Assembly (NCBI GenBank): GCA_044450345.1
Contig: JBIOIY010000016.1
Coordinates: 1 to 45,655, forward strand
Length of the DNA: 45,655 nucleotides
Origin: Thermodesulfovibrionales bacterium
GTDB taxonomy: Bacteria > Nitrospirota > Thermodesulfovibrionia > Thermodesulfovibrionales > UBA6898
Reading direction: 5' to 3'
Positions 37,311 to 45,655 of the stretch are shown one piece after another (position 1 is the first letter of the stretch; each line of letters begins with the position of its first letter). The notes beneath the pieces are model-generated. The model had not been told where the DNA came from. It saw only the letters and a list, made by a program, of their open reading frames with translations, and did not search any database. Made by a program: the position numbers and the translations under genes.

Positions 37311-38418
37311 CCGGAGGCTTATACAGAATTTCGACTGGCTGACCTTCGTGACGGTGGTCGTGATATCAGTCATCGGCATTATGACGGTCTTCAGCGCCAC
37401 GCGCCAGCCCGGGGAGGCCGCCCAGTCTCCCCTTTTCATCAAACAGTCGATATGGCTTGTAATCGGTCTTCTAGGCCTGATTGCCTTTGTGAGCTTCGAT
37501 TATATATGGCTCAGCCGCATTGCAGTCCCGGCCTATGTGACCGGATTGTTACTCCTCCTCATCGTCCTCGTCTCCGGTAAAACCGGTATGGGGGCCCAGC
37601 GCTGGATAAGTCTCGGACCTCTGGCCTTTCAGCCGTCGGAATTTTTTAAACTGATCTTCATCATCATGCTTTCCCAATATTTAAGCCTTCTTCGGGGTGA
37701 GGCAGACATCGTCGAACTGCTAAAGGTATTCTTCGTCATCGCGTTTCTTCCTTTTGTTCTGCTCCTGAAACAGCCCGACCTCGGGACCGCCATCGTGGTA
37801 TTCATCATCTTTTTTTCGATGCTCCTGACAAAAGGGCTTCAACGCAAGGCCGTAGTCCTTGTGGTAATAATAGGGTTGGTCTCCCTGCCTTTCCTGGGGA
37901 ATATCATGTGGACGGGACTTAAGGACTACCAGAAGAACAGACTGATAGCCTTTATCGACCCCGAAGCAGACCCGTCGGGCATAGGCTATCACATCAACCA
38001 GTCAAAGGTCGCGATTGGGTCCGGAGAAATTCTCGGAAAGGGCTTTCTGAAGGGGACCCAGGGACCGTTCAGGTTCCTTCCTGAAAGGCACACCGATTTT
38101 ATCTTTGCGGTTTTCGCAGAGGAGTGGGGGTTTGCCGGTTCACTCGTCCTGCTTTCCCTGTATCTCCTCCTCATCATGAGGGGGCTCGATACCGTGAGGA
38201 AGGCCAAGGACGAATTCGGGATGATGCTTGCGGCGGGGATCACCTTTATGTTCTGCGTCTATTTTTTCATAAACATCGGCATGACGCTCGGCATTATGCC
38301 GGTCGTCGGGATCCCTCTTCCGTTTATGAGTTACGGCGGTACCGCGCTCCTTTCGAACTTCATATCCGCGGGGGTCCTCATAAATATCCGCACCCGCCGT
38401 TTCAGCCTCTTTTATTAG
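37297..38418 (+). CDS. rodA: Rod shape-determining SEDS glycosyltransferase RodA (start moved to ATG 37297)
   Basis: GAQRWI, QPSEFFK, QPDLGT, AIGSG, PERHTDFIF, GIPLPFMSYGG. Confidence 0.96.
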   Translation: MFKIDRRLIQNFDWLTFVTVVVISVIGIMTVFSATRQPGEAAQSPLFIKQSIWLVIGLLGLIAFVSFDYIWLSRIAVPAYVTGLLLLLIVLVSGKTGMGAQRWISLGPLAFQPSEFFKLIFIIMLSQYLSLLRGEADIVELLKVFFVIAFLPFVLLLKQPDLGTAIVVFIIFFSMLLTKGLQRKAVVLVVIIGLVSLPFLGNIMWTGLKDYQKNRLIAFIDPEADPSGIGYHINQSKVAIGSGEILGKGFLKGTQGPFRFLPERHTDFIFAVFAEEWGFAGSLVLLSLYLLLIMRGLDTVRKAKDEFGMMLAAGITFMFCVYFFINIGMTLGIMPVVGIPLPFMSYGGTALLSNFISAGVLINIRTRRFSLFY

Positions 38419-38504
38419 GAAAGCTGTTTTTGGTATAATTTGATTTCGGATTTATTGAATTTTCTTGGCAGTTGCCTTTAGACTATTCACTGTTTACCCT
38501 CAAC

Positions 38505-38580
38505 GGCGGTGTAGCTCAGGTGGTAGAGCATGCGACTCATATTCGCAGTGTCCGGGGTTCGAATCCCTGCACCGCCACCA
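38505..38580 (+). tRNA. tRNA-Met(CAT), elongator type
   Basis: 76 nt cloverleaf: acceptor GGCGGTG/CACCGCC, D arm GCTC/GAGC, anticodon stem TGCGA/TCGCA with CT-CAT-AT loop, TTCGAAT, encoded CCA. The G1-C72 pair argues against initiator; Ile2 is not fully excluded. Confidence 0.93.
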
Positions 38581-38714
38581 ATATTGTTGTGACCGTCCAT
38601 AATTTCTCGTCCGAATAAGCATCTGATAGAATTTGCTTATGGTCAATGCAAGAATCCTCATCTGCCTGCAGGTGGAAGACGATCCGGAGGTGAGAAAAAT
38701 CACCACTCTTTGTG

Positions 38715-38743
38715 TTGACATCGGCGCTGATGGTTGATACGAT
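38715..38743 (+). promoter_or_regulatory. Sigma70 promoter of the HPF-CSD gene
   Basis: TTGACA-17nt-TACGAT, 36 nt upstream of the ATG; SD ggagg between. Confidence 0.7.
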
Positions 38744-38779
38744 GGAAATAAAGAGAAAGATTTTTCTCGGAGGTTGCAT

Positions 38780-39310
38780 ATGGATCTTCCTTTGCAGATA
38801 ACCGCACGCGATATCGAACTCACCGATGCCATCAAATCGGAAATCACTGAGAGGGCGGAGAAACTGGATACGTTCTATGACCGCATTATGCGCTGCAGGG
38901 TCGTGGTGGAGTGCCCCAAGCGGCACCCAAATGACGGGAAACTTTACAAGCTGAGTATAATCATTAAGGTCCCGGGCGCCGAACTTGCGGTAAAACGCGA
39001 GCTTAACAAGGACCTGTATGTGGCGATAAGGGACGCCTTTGATGCTGCGCGCAGAAAACTTGAGGACTTTTCCAGGGAGCATAGCGGTATCGTAAAGCAC
39101 CATGAAGAACCGCCCCGCGGGCGCATAAGCTCCATCTTCACTGAAAAGGGATACGGCTTTATCGCCACGCCTGATGGCTATGAAGTATACTTTCACAAAA
39201 ACAGTATCCTTAACAAAGACTTCGGAAAGCTTAAGGTCGGAATGGAGGTGCGCTTCGCAGAGGAACAGGGCGAAAAAGGGCCTCAGGCCAGCACCGTGAC
39301 GGTGCTGTAA
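38780..39310 (+). CDS. HPF/RaiA ribosome-associated protein fused to a cold-shock domain
   Basis: N-terminal HPF (LQITARDI..CRVVVE..DLYVAIRDAFDAARRKL); C-terminal CSD (KGYGFI, EVYFH, GEKGPQASTV). Confidence 0.9.
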   Translation: MDLPLQITARDIELTDAIKSEITERAEKLDTFYDRIMRCRVVVECPKRHPNDGKLYKLSIIIKVPGAELAVKRELNKDLYVAIRDAFDAARRKLEDFSREHSGIVKHHEEPPRGRISSIFTEKGYGFIATPDGYEVYFHKNSILNKDFGKLKVGMEVRFAEEQGEKGPQASTVTVL

Positions 39311-39397
39311 AGTTCCTGGTTTTTCCGGCGCCTCTCCTTTTTTCCTTGCAGGAGGGACCGCCTATCGCCTTCATCCGATATCCGGGAGTATTTTTCT

Positions 39398-39832
39398 ATG
39401 CGGACCAGAAAGGACATACTCTGGACATGGCTTCTTCCTGATACCACAAGGTCCGTGGACACCAGGGAATGGATGAAGCACGGCGGCAAGTGGATAATCT
39501 TCGATAAGATGGACAAGATACTGCATCTCGCAGAAGGATTGAGCTCCTACATAGATTCGGGTCAAATAGAGAGTGCAAAATACTGGAGCAAAGACCCGAG
39601 CGCCATCTGCGTCTATTCTCTCGACAGGGATAAGGAAAAGACATGGGACATCCTAAAGATGCTTGGTGCGGGGAACAAAAAAGCGTGGGAGTACGATTAC
39701 GCGACGGATAAGAACCTAAAAGATCCAATCGTCTTCATATATTCGTGGACTTCAAAGTTCAGAACGATACTTCAGAGTTACGGAATCGTGGGGACTTTCT
39801 GCCTTGTAAAGGATCTGCTGAAACCGAGATAG
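39398..39832 (+). CDS. Hypothetical protein, DUF1917/BLES03-like
   Basis: GGKWIIF ... SAKY ... AICVYS pattern recalled from the DUF1917 family; not verified. Confidence 0.5.
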   Translation: MRTRKDILWTWLLPDTTRSVDTREWMKHGGKWIIFDKMDKILHLAEGLSSYIDSGQIESAKYWSKDPSAICVYSLDRDKEKTWDILKMLGAGNKKAWEYDYATDKNLKDPIVFIYSWTSKFRTILQSYGIVGTFCLVKDLLKPR

Positions 39833-39929
39833 ACCTTGTTTGCTAAGATGCCAACTATCCCCTTCCCGTTTGATAGTGAGGTCGGATAAGGACCCTGAAA
39901 TCATAGGGAGGAATCGGGAGATAAGAAAG

Positions 39930-40793
39930 ATGAAACTTAAGGAGATAATCAGAAAAAGGGAAAAAGGCGTGTCCTTCGAATTCTTCCCGCCCAAGAACTC
40001 TGAAGGCAGGGAGGGCTTTATGAAGGTGGTCCATACACTTAAAGGTTACAATCCGATGTATGCATCTGTGACATACGGCGGGGGGGGAAGCACGCAGGAG
40101 AGGACCGGCAATACCCTCAAATGGATAAAGGAGGAGACCGATCTGACCGTCATGTCTCATCTCACCTGTATCGGCTCTACGAGAGATGGGATAGATACTA
40201 TTCTCAAAGATTATATGGCGAACAATATCGACAACATCCTGGCACTGAGGGGTGATCTTCCGAAGAACGTTCCTGACTTCGATCTCACCAGGGGCGAATT
40301 TGTTTATGCAAAAGACCTCGTTGAATTAGTCGCAGACTACCATTATTTCTCGATAGCGGTTGCGGTATATCCAGAAGGACATTTTGAGTCGCCGAGCATC
40401 GAGAAGGACATGGAATTTACGAAAATGAAGATAGATGCCGGCGCCGACTTTGGTATCACACAGATGTTTTTTGATAACCGTTACTATTTTGACTTCATGG
40501 ACAGGGCCCAAAAGATAGGCATAACCGTTCCCATACTCCCAGGAATAATGCCTATAACCGACTGTGGAAAGATAGAGGAATTTGCCAGTTTCTGCAATGC
40601 CACCATTCCTCAGGAGATCAAGAAAAAGATGGAGCCATTTCTGAATCGGCCGGAGGAGATGGAGAAAGTAGGAATAGAATATGCGATAAGGCAGTGTGAG
40701 GATCTTATCAAAAATGGGGTGAAGTATCTTCATTTTTATACCATGAATAAGTCGGGGCCCTCGAGCAGCATACTTGATTCGTTATCAATATGA
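39930..40793 (+). CDS. metF: Methylenetetrahydrofolate reductase (start moved to ATG 39930)
   Basis: SFEFFPPK, SVTYGGGGS, SHLTC, LALRGD, YPEGH, ITQMFFD, HFYTMN. Confidence 0.95.
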   Translation: MKLKEIIRKREKGVSFEFFPPKNSEGREGFMKVVHTLKGYNPMYASVTYGGGGSTQERTGNTLKWIKEETDLTVMSHLTCIGSTRDGIDTILKDYMANNIDNILALRGDLPKNVPDFDLTRGEFVYAKDLVELVADYHYFSIAVAVYPEGHFESPSIEKDMEFTKMKIDAGADFGITQMFFDNRYYFDFMDRAQKIGITVPILPGIMPITDCGKIEEFASFCNATIPQEIKKKMEPFLNRPEEMEKVGIEYAIRQCEDLIKNGVKYLHFYTMNKSGPSSSILDSLSI

Positions 40794-40827
40794 TTGCCGG
40801 CGGCGATCTCATCGCGCGGTACGGCAA
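40794..40827. terminator. Hairpin between convergent metF and pirin
   Basis: TTGCCG..GCGAT-ctc-ATCGC..CGGCAA; no strong U-tract. Confidence 0.4.
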
Positions 40828-40892
40828 CGCCGAAAGCTTAAGCTAAATTATCAAGTGCACTAAAAATAGGATTTTTGAAAACTTTCCCATGT

Positions 40893-41801
40893 TCATGCAG
40901 GGTGCTTGATGAAGGCGCCTTTTTCGAACTCCTCAAAGGCGATCTGCAGTTCCGCCTGTGTGTTCATGACGACCGGACCGTACCATGCGACCGGTTCGCC
41001 GATCGGCCTGCCCGCGACGAGGAGAAAGCGCACCGGTGAGTCCTCCGCTTTGATCACGACTTCATCCCCATCGCGCTCATAGAGCACCAAGGTCTCGGAG
41101 CCGAACCTGCAGTCTCTCTTAAAGTCGAAATAATTGTTACCGATCACTTCATGGGCGAAGGGGTTGCGCTCTTCGTCAAAATACGCACTGCCCTCGATAA
41201 CATAGGCAAAGGCGGTATGACCTGAAGGGACCGGATGAGTGAAAGTCTTACTTTCGGGTAGCGAAACGTCGAGATATTCGGGATCGGTGACGATGTCTTT
41301 CACAGGCCCAATGACGCCATCGACAGCCCCGCAGATGACTCTGGCCGTCGCGCCTGAGGCCAGTTTTTTCTCGGGAATCTGCATGCTTTTCACCTCACGG
41401 TAGCGCGGATCCATCATCTTGTTTGTTGCCGGAAGATTTGCCCAAAGCTGGAACCCCCAGAGGAGCTTATCCCTGCCCCCTTTCGGCATCTCCTGATGGA
41501 TAATGCCGCTTCCGGCTGTCATCCACTGCACGTCTCCGGGCGATATAATCCCGCTGTTTCCCATGCTGTCACCGTGTTCGACCTTACCATGGAGCACATA
41601 CGTGATCGTCTCGATTCCCCGGTGGGGATGCCAGGGAAAGCCCGCAAGGTATCGGCCGGGGTCGTCGGAATGAAAATCGTCGAGGAGCAGGAAGGGATCG
41701 AGCTGGGGGACCTGATAATAGCCAAACGCACGTTTTAGATGGACGCCCGCCCCTTCAACAGTCGGTTTGCTCTTCCACGCCTTTTTTATCTTCCGGGTCA
41801 T
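40893..41801 (-). CDS. Pirin family protein (start moved to ATG 41801)
   Basis: EGAGV, DPFLLLDDF, GFPWHPHRGIETITY, QWMTAGSGIIHQE, QLWANLP, YGPVVMN; SD gaggagg. Confidence 0.93.
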   Translation of the reverse strand: MTRKIKKAWKSKPTVEGAGVHLKRAFGYYQVPQLDPFLLLDDFHSDDPGRYLAGFPWHPHRGIETITYVLHGKVEHGDSMGNSGIISPGDVQWMTAGSGIIHQEMPKGGRDKLLWGFQLWANLPATNKMMDPRYREVKSMQIPEKKLASGATARVICGAVDGVIGPVKDIVTDPEYLDVSLPESKTFTHPVPSGHTAFAYVIEGSAYFDEERNPFAHEVIGNNYFDFKRDCRFGSETLVLYERDGDEVVIKAEDSPVRFLLVAGRPIGEPVAWYGPVVMNTQAELQIAFEEFEKGAFIKHPA

Positions 41802-42005
41802 ATCGGCAGCCTCCTCAAGAGAGTTCTTGTGTCTATAGTAAAGTTTATCAGCTTTCAGTGTTGCCTGATAGCCGGCTGAAACAGAGGCGGGATTTTGCCG
41901 TGCAAAAAAAGGTATTCTCCTGAATATATGTGGCGGATTATGATCTCCGTCCTGATCTCCGTCCTGAGTTGACACCGAATCGATTGCCGTATACAATCAC
42001 CGGAC

Positions 42006-42683
42006 ATGTCGGAAAATAAGAAAACAGATATGTCTGCTGCCGATCTTTTTGAGCAGGCACTGACAAAAGCAGAACAACAGCTCATTGCGCTCCTGGACGC
42101 GCCCCACAAGATCCAGCTTTTTCTCGATGGCCTTGCATACGGCGCCGAAACAGTATACCGCGCGCCCCTCAGGGTCCTGCGGGAGAGGACGTGCCAGTGT
42201 TTCGACGGCGCCGTATTTGCCGCGGCGCTGCTGCAACGATTGCGGTATCCCGCTTCGATCCTGGACCTGTTGCCGAACAAGCGCGATGACGACCATGTAC
42301 TGGCTTTGTTTCAGCGGGACGGCTATTGGGGAGCGGTCGCCAAATCCAATTTCGCAGGCCTTCGGTTTCGCGAGCCTGTTTATCGGGACCTTCGTGAACT
42401 GATCATGTCGTACTTCGAGCACTACTATAACCTCCACCGCGAAAAAACACTTCGCGGGTACACCCGTCCCCTTGACCTGAAGGCGTTCGACCGACACCAG
42501 TGGATGACGCGGGATGAGACGATGGATTTAATCTCGCAGCGGCTGGATAAGATCTGCAGGATCTCGGTCCTCTCAAGACCTATGATCGCACGCCTCTCTC
42601 CGGTTGATGAACGTTCCTGCCAGGCTGGTCTTTACGGCGCCAACAGGGCAGGGCTGTCGGTACCCCCGAGCAGGAAGCGCTGA
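42006..42683 (+). CDS. Hypothetical protein, transglutaminase/papain-like Cys-His motif
   Basis: CFDGAVFAAA, DDDHVLALF, WGAVAKSNFAGLRFREPVY, MSYFEHYYN. Confidence 0.65.
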   Translation: MSENKKTDMSAADLFEQALTKAEQQLIALLDAPHKIQLFLDGLAYGAETVYRAPLRVLRERTCQCFDGAVFAAALLQRLRYPASILDLLPNKRDDDHVLALFQRDGYWGAVAKSNFAGLRFREPVYRDLRELIMSYFEHYYNLHREKTLRGYTRPLDLKAFDRHQWMTRDETMDLISQRLDKICRISVLSRPMIARLSPVDERSCQAGLYGANRAGLSVPPSRKR

Positions 42684-42698
42684 CGCCCATGGACATCG

Positions 42699-43610
42699 TT
42701 ATCCCTCGTCCTCCTCATCTTTGGTAATTAGTTTGTGGCTGATTTCGGGATCGTTTGCGATTTCTTCATAGGTATCAGGGCTTACTTTTTTCAGACATTC
42801 GGGACATATACCGTGAGTAAACGAAGCATCCGAATGTTCTTCGACATACGTTTCTACTTTTTTCCAATACCCTTTATCATCGTGTATTTTTTTGCACCAG
42901 GCACAAATCGGAAGCAGGCCGTCCAACGTTTTGATCTTGGACAGCGCCTCCTGCAGTTCGGAGATGAGGACCTCTTTCTCTTTTTCGGCCTCCTTCCGCC
43001 GGGTCATATCTTTAATGACACCTACCATCGCAACAGGCTGGTCCCTTTCGCCCATTACCATGGATGCGGAGAGCCAGATAGGAAATTCTCTTCCTTCCTT
43101 ATGGATGACCATGAGTTCTCCATTCCAACGGCCGGTCGTTTGAATGGCGGGAATTATGACGTCCTGGGCAACCCTTGGGTCGGCATTCAATTCATTGACA
43201 TGCTTTCCGATAAATTCATCGAAGGAAAACCCGTAGATCTCCTGGACAGCCTTATTTGAATAGACAATGTACCCGTCCAAATCAGTGATCTGGATGCCGT
43301 CCATGGCCATTTCGACAGCCTGAGAAAACAGCTTCAACCTCTCCTCCGCGTGCTTACGATTCCCGATCTCTTTTAAAAGCGCATCCTCTGTACGCCTCTG
43401 CTCAGACAGGACTTTGGCCATGAATAAGCTAAAAATTAAAAAACCCAGAGAGGCCAGCACCCGAAAGGAGACCTGTGTTTTGTTTAAAAGCAACACCTTC
43501 CAATACGGCTCATTGTAATAGACAGCAAAATCAATTAATGCATCTATCAGCCAAAAAGCCAGGATTGCCGCGACTCCATAATAAATTATCTTATATTCGC
43601 GTTTCATCAT
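42699..43610 (-). CDS. Membrane PAS sensor with C-terminal Cys-rich (putative Zn-binding) domain, no kinase domain
   Basis: 2 TM helices, PAS/PAC (DGIQITD..N..YG..HKEGREFP..DMTRRK), then LPICAWCKKI..YW..THGICPEC. Confidence 0.85.
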   Translation of the reverse strand: MMKREYKIIYYGVAAILAFWLIDALIDFAVYYNEPYWKVLLLNKTQVSFRVLASLGFLIFSLFMAKVLSEQRRTEDALLKEIGNRKHAEERLKLFSQAVEMAMDGIQITDLDGYIVYSNKAVQEIYGFSFDEFIGKHVNELNADPRVAQDVIIPAIQTTGRWNGELMVIHKEGREFPIWLSASMVMGERDQPVAMVGVIKDMTRRKEAEKEKEVLISELQEALSKIKTLDGLLPICAWCKKIHDDKGYWKKVETYVEEHSDASFTHGICPECLKKVSPDTYEEIANDPEISHKLITKDEEDEG

Positions 43611-43786
43611 TGCATAGGTGATGGGATCCGGGGGATGCTCACTTTCTCATTTAATGATAATTAACACCTCATATTATAATACATAATTATTCGTTAAATT
43701 ATCGAAGCTTGACAGTTGCCGAAAATGGTTATATTTTGGAACTGAAACCAAACTGTCGCATAATCGGAACCTTTAGGAGACACTAT

Positions 43787-44248
43787 ATGAAATGGATCAC
43801 ACGCGAGCGCGTCAAGGTAGACCGGGTCGCCTGCCCCTGGCTCATCAGAACGTTTATCGACAAGGAAGCCGAGTTTTATTTCGTACCGTCAGACAAAGTG
43901 ATGAAGGAGGCAGAGCGGCTCGGCGCAATTCCTTTCGATTTTCCGGGCGTTGAACTGGGTCATCACGGCAAGGAATGTTCTTTCGATGCGTTTATAAGGA
44001 ACTACAATCTGTCCGGCGATCCGGCGCTTGCGCTCCTGGCCAAAATCGTTAACGGGGCAGATACGGACAACACCCTTTACAATCAGCCTGAGGGTCCGGG
44101 GCTTAAGGCGGTTGCAGAGGGGTTTCGTCATCTGGGCCTCAGGGATGACCACGAGATCAATGCTGCAGAATGGATCGTCTATGACGCGCTCTATGCATAC
44201 TGCAAGGAAAGAGTAAATCAAGGCAACCCCGATGGCGGCGTCAGATAG
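43787..44248 (+). CDS. Chromate resistance ChrB C-terminal domain protein (ChrF-like)
   Basis: MKWITRERVKVDRVACPWLIRTFID..AIPFD..H..CSFD..YDALY; SD aggag before ATG 43787. Confidence 0.88.
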   Translation: MKWITRERVKVDRVACPWLIRTFIDKEAEFYFVPSDKVMKEAERLGAIPFDFPGVELGHHGKECSFDAFIRNYNLSGDPALALLAKIVNGADTDNTLYNQPEGPGLKAVAEGFRHLGLRDDHEINAAEWIVYDALYAYCKERVNQGNPDGGVR

Positions 44249-44272
44249 TACTTCTGACCTTCGAATCCCTCT

Positions 44273-45511
44273 TTGAAAACCCTTTCTTTGAGCCGGGATA
44301 GCCGTTTTCTCTTCGTGACCCGGGGCCTCCGCCTGTTTGCGTATGGATTTTTGTCTGTGGTGCTTATGATTTATCTGGCCAGCCTTGGCCTTAATGAGAA
44401 ACAGATAGGCTTGCTCTTTACATTGACTCTCATCGGTGACACCGTCATTTCTCTTTGGCTTACCACAGCGGCTGACCGCAAGGGCAGAAGACGCATGCTT
44501 ATCGCCGGATCGCTTCTTATGGTTTTTGCAGGGGTATTGTTCGCCGTCACGGAAAATTTCCTGCTGCTCCTCGTTGCCGCCACTGTCGGGGTCATCAGCC
44601 CCAGCGGCTATGAAGTCGGCCCTTTTCTTTCAATCGAGCAGGCCGCATTATCTCAGGTCGTTCCGAATGAAGAGCGCACCCAGGTATTTGCCTGGTATAA
44701 TCTGCTCGGCTCCTTTGCCACTGCCACCGGCTCTTTGTTCGGCGGAGGGCTGACACAATCTCTGCAGAACCTGGGGGTTAGCACGCTTGGAAGCTACCGG
44801 GTCATCATTGTCGCATACGCAGCAGGGGGAGTGATGCTGGGGATTCTGTTCACCAGACTCTCACGTCGCATAGAGGTCCCGCATCCGCCCGGGCATTCGC
44901 CGGAAGGGAGAAGGCCCTTTCTCGGACTCCATAAGTCCAGGCGCATTGTCTTCAGGTTATCCGCGTTATTTTCACTTGATGCCTTCGCGGGCGGGTTCGT
45001 CCTGCAAAGCATTGTGGCTTACTGGTTCCATGTACGCTTCCATTTGCAGCCGGCGGCCCTGGGAGCTATTTTTTTCGGAGCAAACGTCCTTGCGGGGCTA
45101 TCGTCCCTCACTGCTGCGCGGGTCGCGTCCCGTATAGGGTTGGTGAGGACAATGGTATTTACACACATCCCGTCGAATATATTGCTTATGCTTGTCCCCG
45201 TCATGCCAAACCTGCCGCTCGCGATCATCGTGCTCCTCTTGCGGTTCAGCATATCGCAGATGGATGTGCCTACCAGACAGTCCTATACGATGGCGGTCGT
45301 CAGCCCCGATGAGCGATCTGCTGCTGCCGGCATTACCGGCATTGCCCGGACAACCGGCGCATCACTGTCGCCGGTGATCACCGGGCCGCTACTTGCCCAA
45401 TCTTCGCTTTTAAGCCTGCCGTTCTTTCTCTCAGGGGGCCTCAAGATTGTTTACGACTTGCTGCTTTATCGAAGCTTCCGAAAGGTAAAGCCGCCGGAAG
45501 AAAAAATGTGA
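44273..45511 (+). CDS. MFS transporter
   Basis: About 12 TM helices; motif A ADRKGRRR; EVGPFLSIEQAAL; SQMDVPTRQSY. Confidence 0.9.
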   Translation: MKTLSLSRDSRFLFVTRGLRLFAYGFLSVVLMIYLASLGLNEKQIGLLFTLTLIGDTVISLWLTTAADRKGRRRMLIAGSLLMVFAGVLFAVTENFLLLLVAATVGVISPSGYEVGPFLSIEQAALSQVVPNEERTQVFAWYNLLGSFATATGSLFGGGLTQSLQNLGVSTLGSYRVIIVAYAAGGVMLGILFTRLSRRIEVPHPPGHSPEGRRPFLGLHKSRRIVFRLSALFSLDAFAGGFVLQSIVAYWFHVRFHLQPAALGAIFFGANVLAGLSSLTAARVASRIGLVRTMVFTHIPSNILLMLVPVMPNLPLAIIVLLLRFSISQMDVPTRQSYTMAVVSPDERSAAAGITGIARTTGASLSPVITGPLLAQSSLLSLPFFLSGGLKIVYDLLLYRSFRKVKPPEEKM

Positions 45512-45578
45512 ACGCCGAAACTCGATGACTCGCCTTCCCGTCCAAAATGAGGTATTATTGTTAAAGGAGGTCATAGAT

Positions 45579-45655
45579 ATGAAGCACAGGCATGAATATG
45601 AAGCGGTTTATCACCCCAGCCTTTCTTCGGAGGCAAAGACAATCGGCATTAAGGC
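45579..45655 (+). CDS. 5' end of a gene running off the window
   Basis: SD aaggagg, then ATG and an open frame MKHRHEYEAVYHPSLSSEAKTIGIK. Confidence 0.5.
   Translation, partial: MKHRHEYEAVYHPSLSSEAKTIGIK

Noticed and set aside
38581..38770. raiA-motif RNA upstream of the HPF gene
   Set aside because: No recognisable conserved structure; the promoter leaves only a ~30-nt leader.
39840..39929. SAM or other riboswitch upstream of metF
   Set aside because: No SAM-I/II, SAH or THF consensus was recognised in the short intergenic region.
41941..41967. 12-bp tandem duplication TGATCTCCGTCC x2
   Set aside because: Only two copies in an intergenic region; likely slippage, with no evidence of function.
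38505..45655. Genomic island integrated at tRNA-Met
   Set aside because: No integrase and no duplicated tRNA 3' end were seen in the window, and metF is a housekeeping gene. It cannot be excluded beyond the window edge.

Overview
A 45.7 kb stretch of mostly core chromosome from an anaerobic Gram-negative bacterium. Gene content and style suggest Nitrospirota (Thermodesulfovibrionia-like) or a Deltaproteobacteria-like lineage; this is inferred, not shown. In order: the 3' end of an IS4 transposase; a DUF3617-like protein; a patatin lipoprotein; an entericidin lipoprotein missed by the ORF track; a 13-heme cytochrome c plus cytochrome b pair; a liv-type ABC operon with AcuB-like, glutamate dehydrogenase and PepN genes; ferritin; a 17-repeat TPR protein; mnmG; SEC-C protein; nfi; a GGQ release-factor-like gene; an EndoIII-like gene; rsmG; gyrA; a membrane HAMP-GGDEF enzyme; an M16 peptidase pair; IMPase/FBPase; glucan phosphorylase; RDD-mreBCD-mrdA-rodA; tRNA-Met(CAT); and an accessory-looking tail (HPF-CSD, DUF1917-like, metF, pirin, transglutaminase-like, PAS, ChrB-C, MFS). 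Best leads: (1) the GGDEF enzyme has Ser at the PleD-D344 specificity position, the Hypr signature of 3',3'-cGAMP synthases; (2) an unannotated ~140 nt rod-like RNA with a U-tail and an upstream TTGACA lies ahead of ferritin; (3) a structured leader with tandem SD sites precedes the multiheme cytochrome operon. No CRISPR array, rRNA or prophage was seen. All family calls are from motif recognition by eye; no database searches were run.
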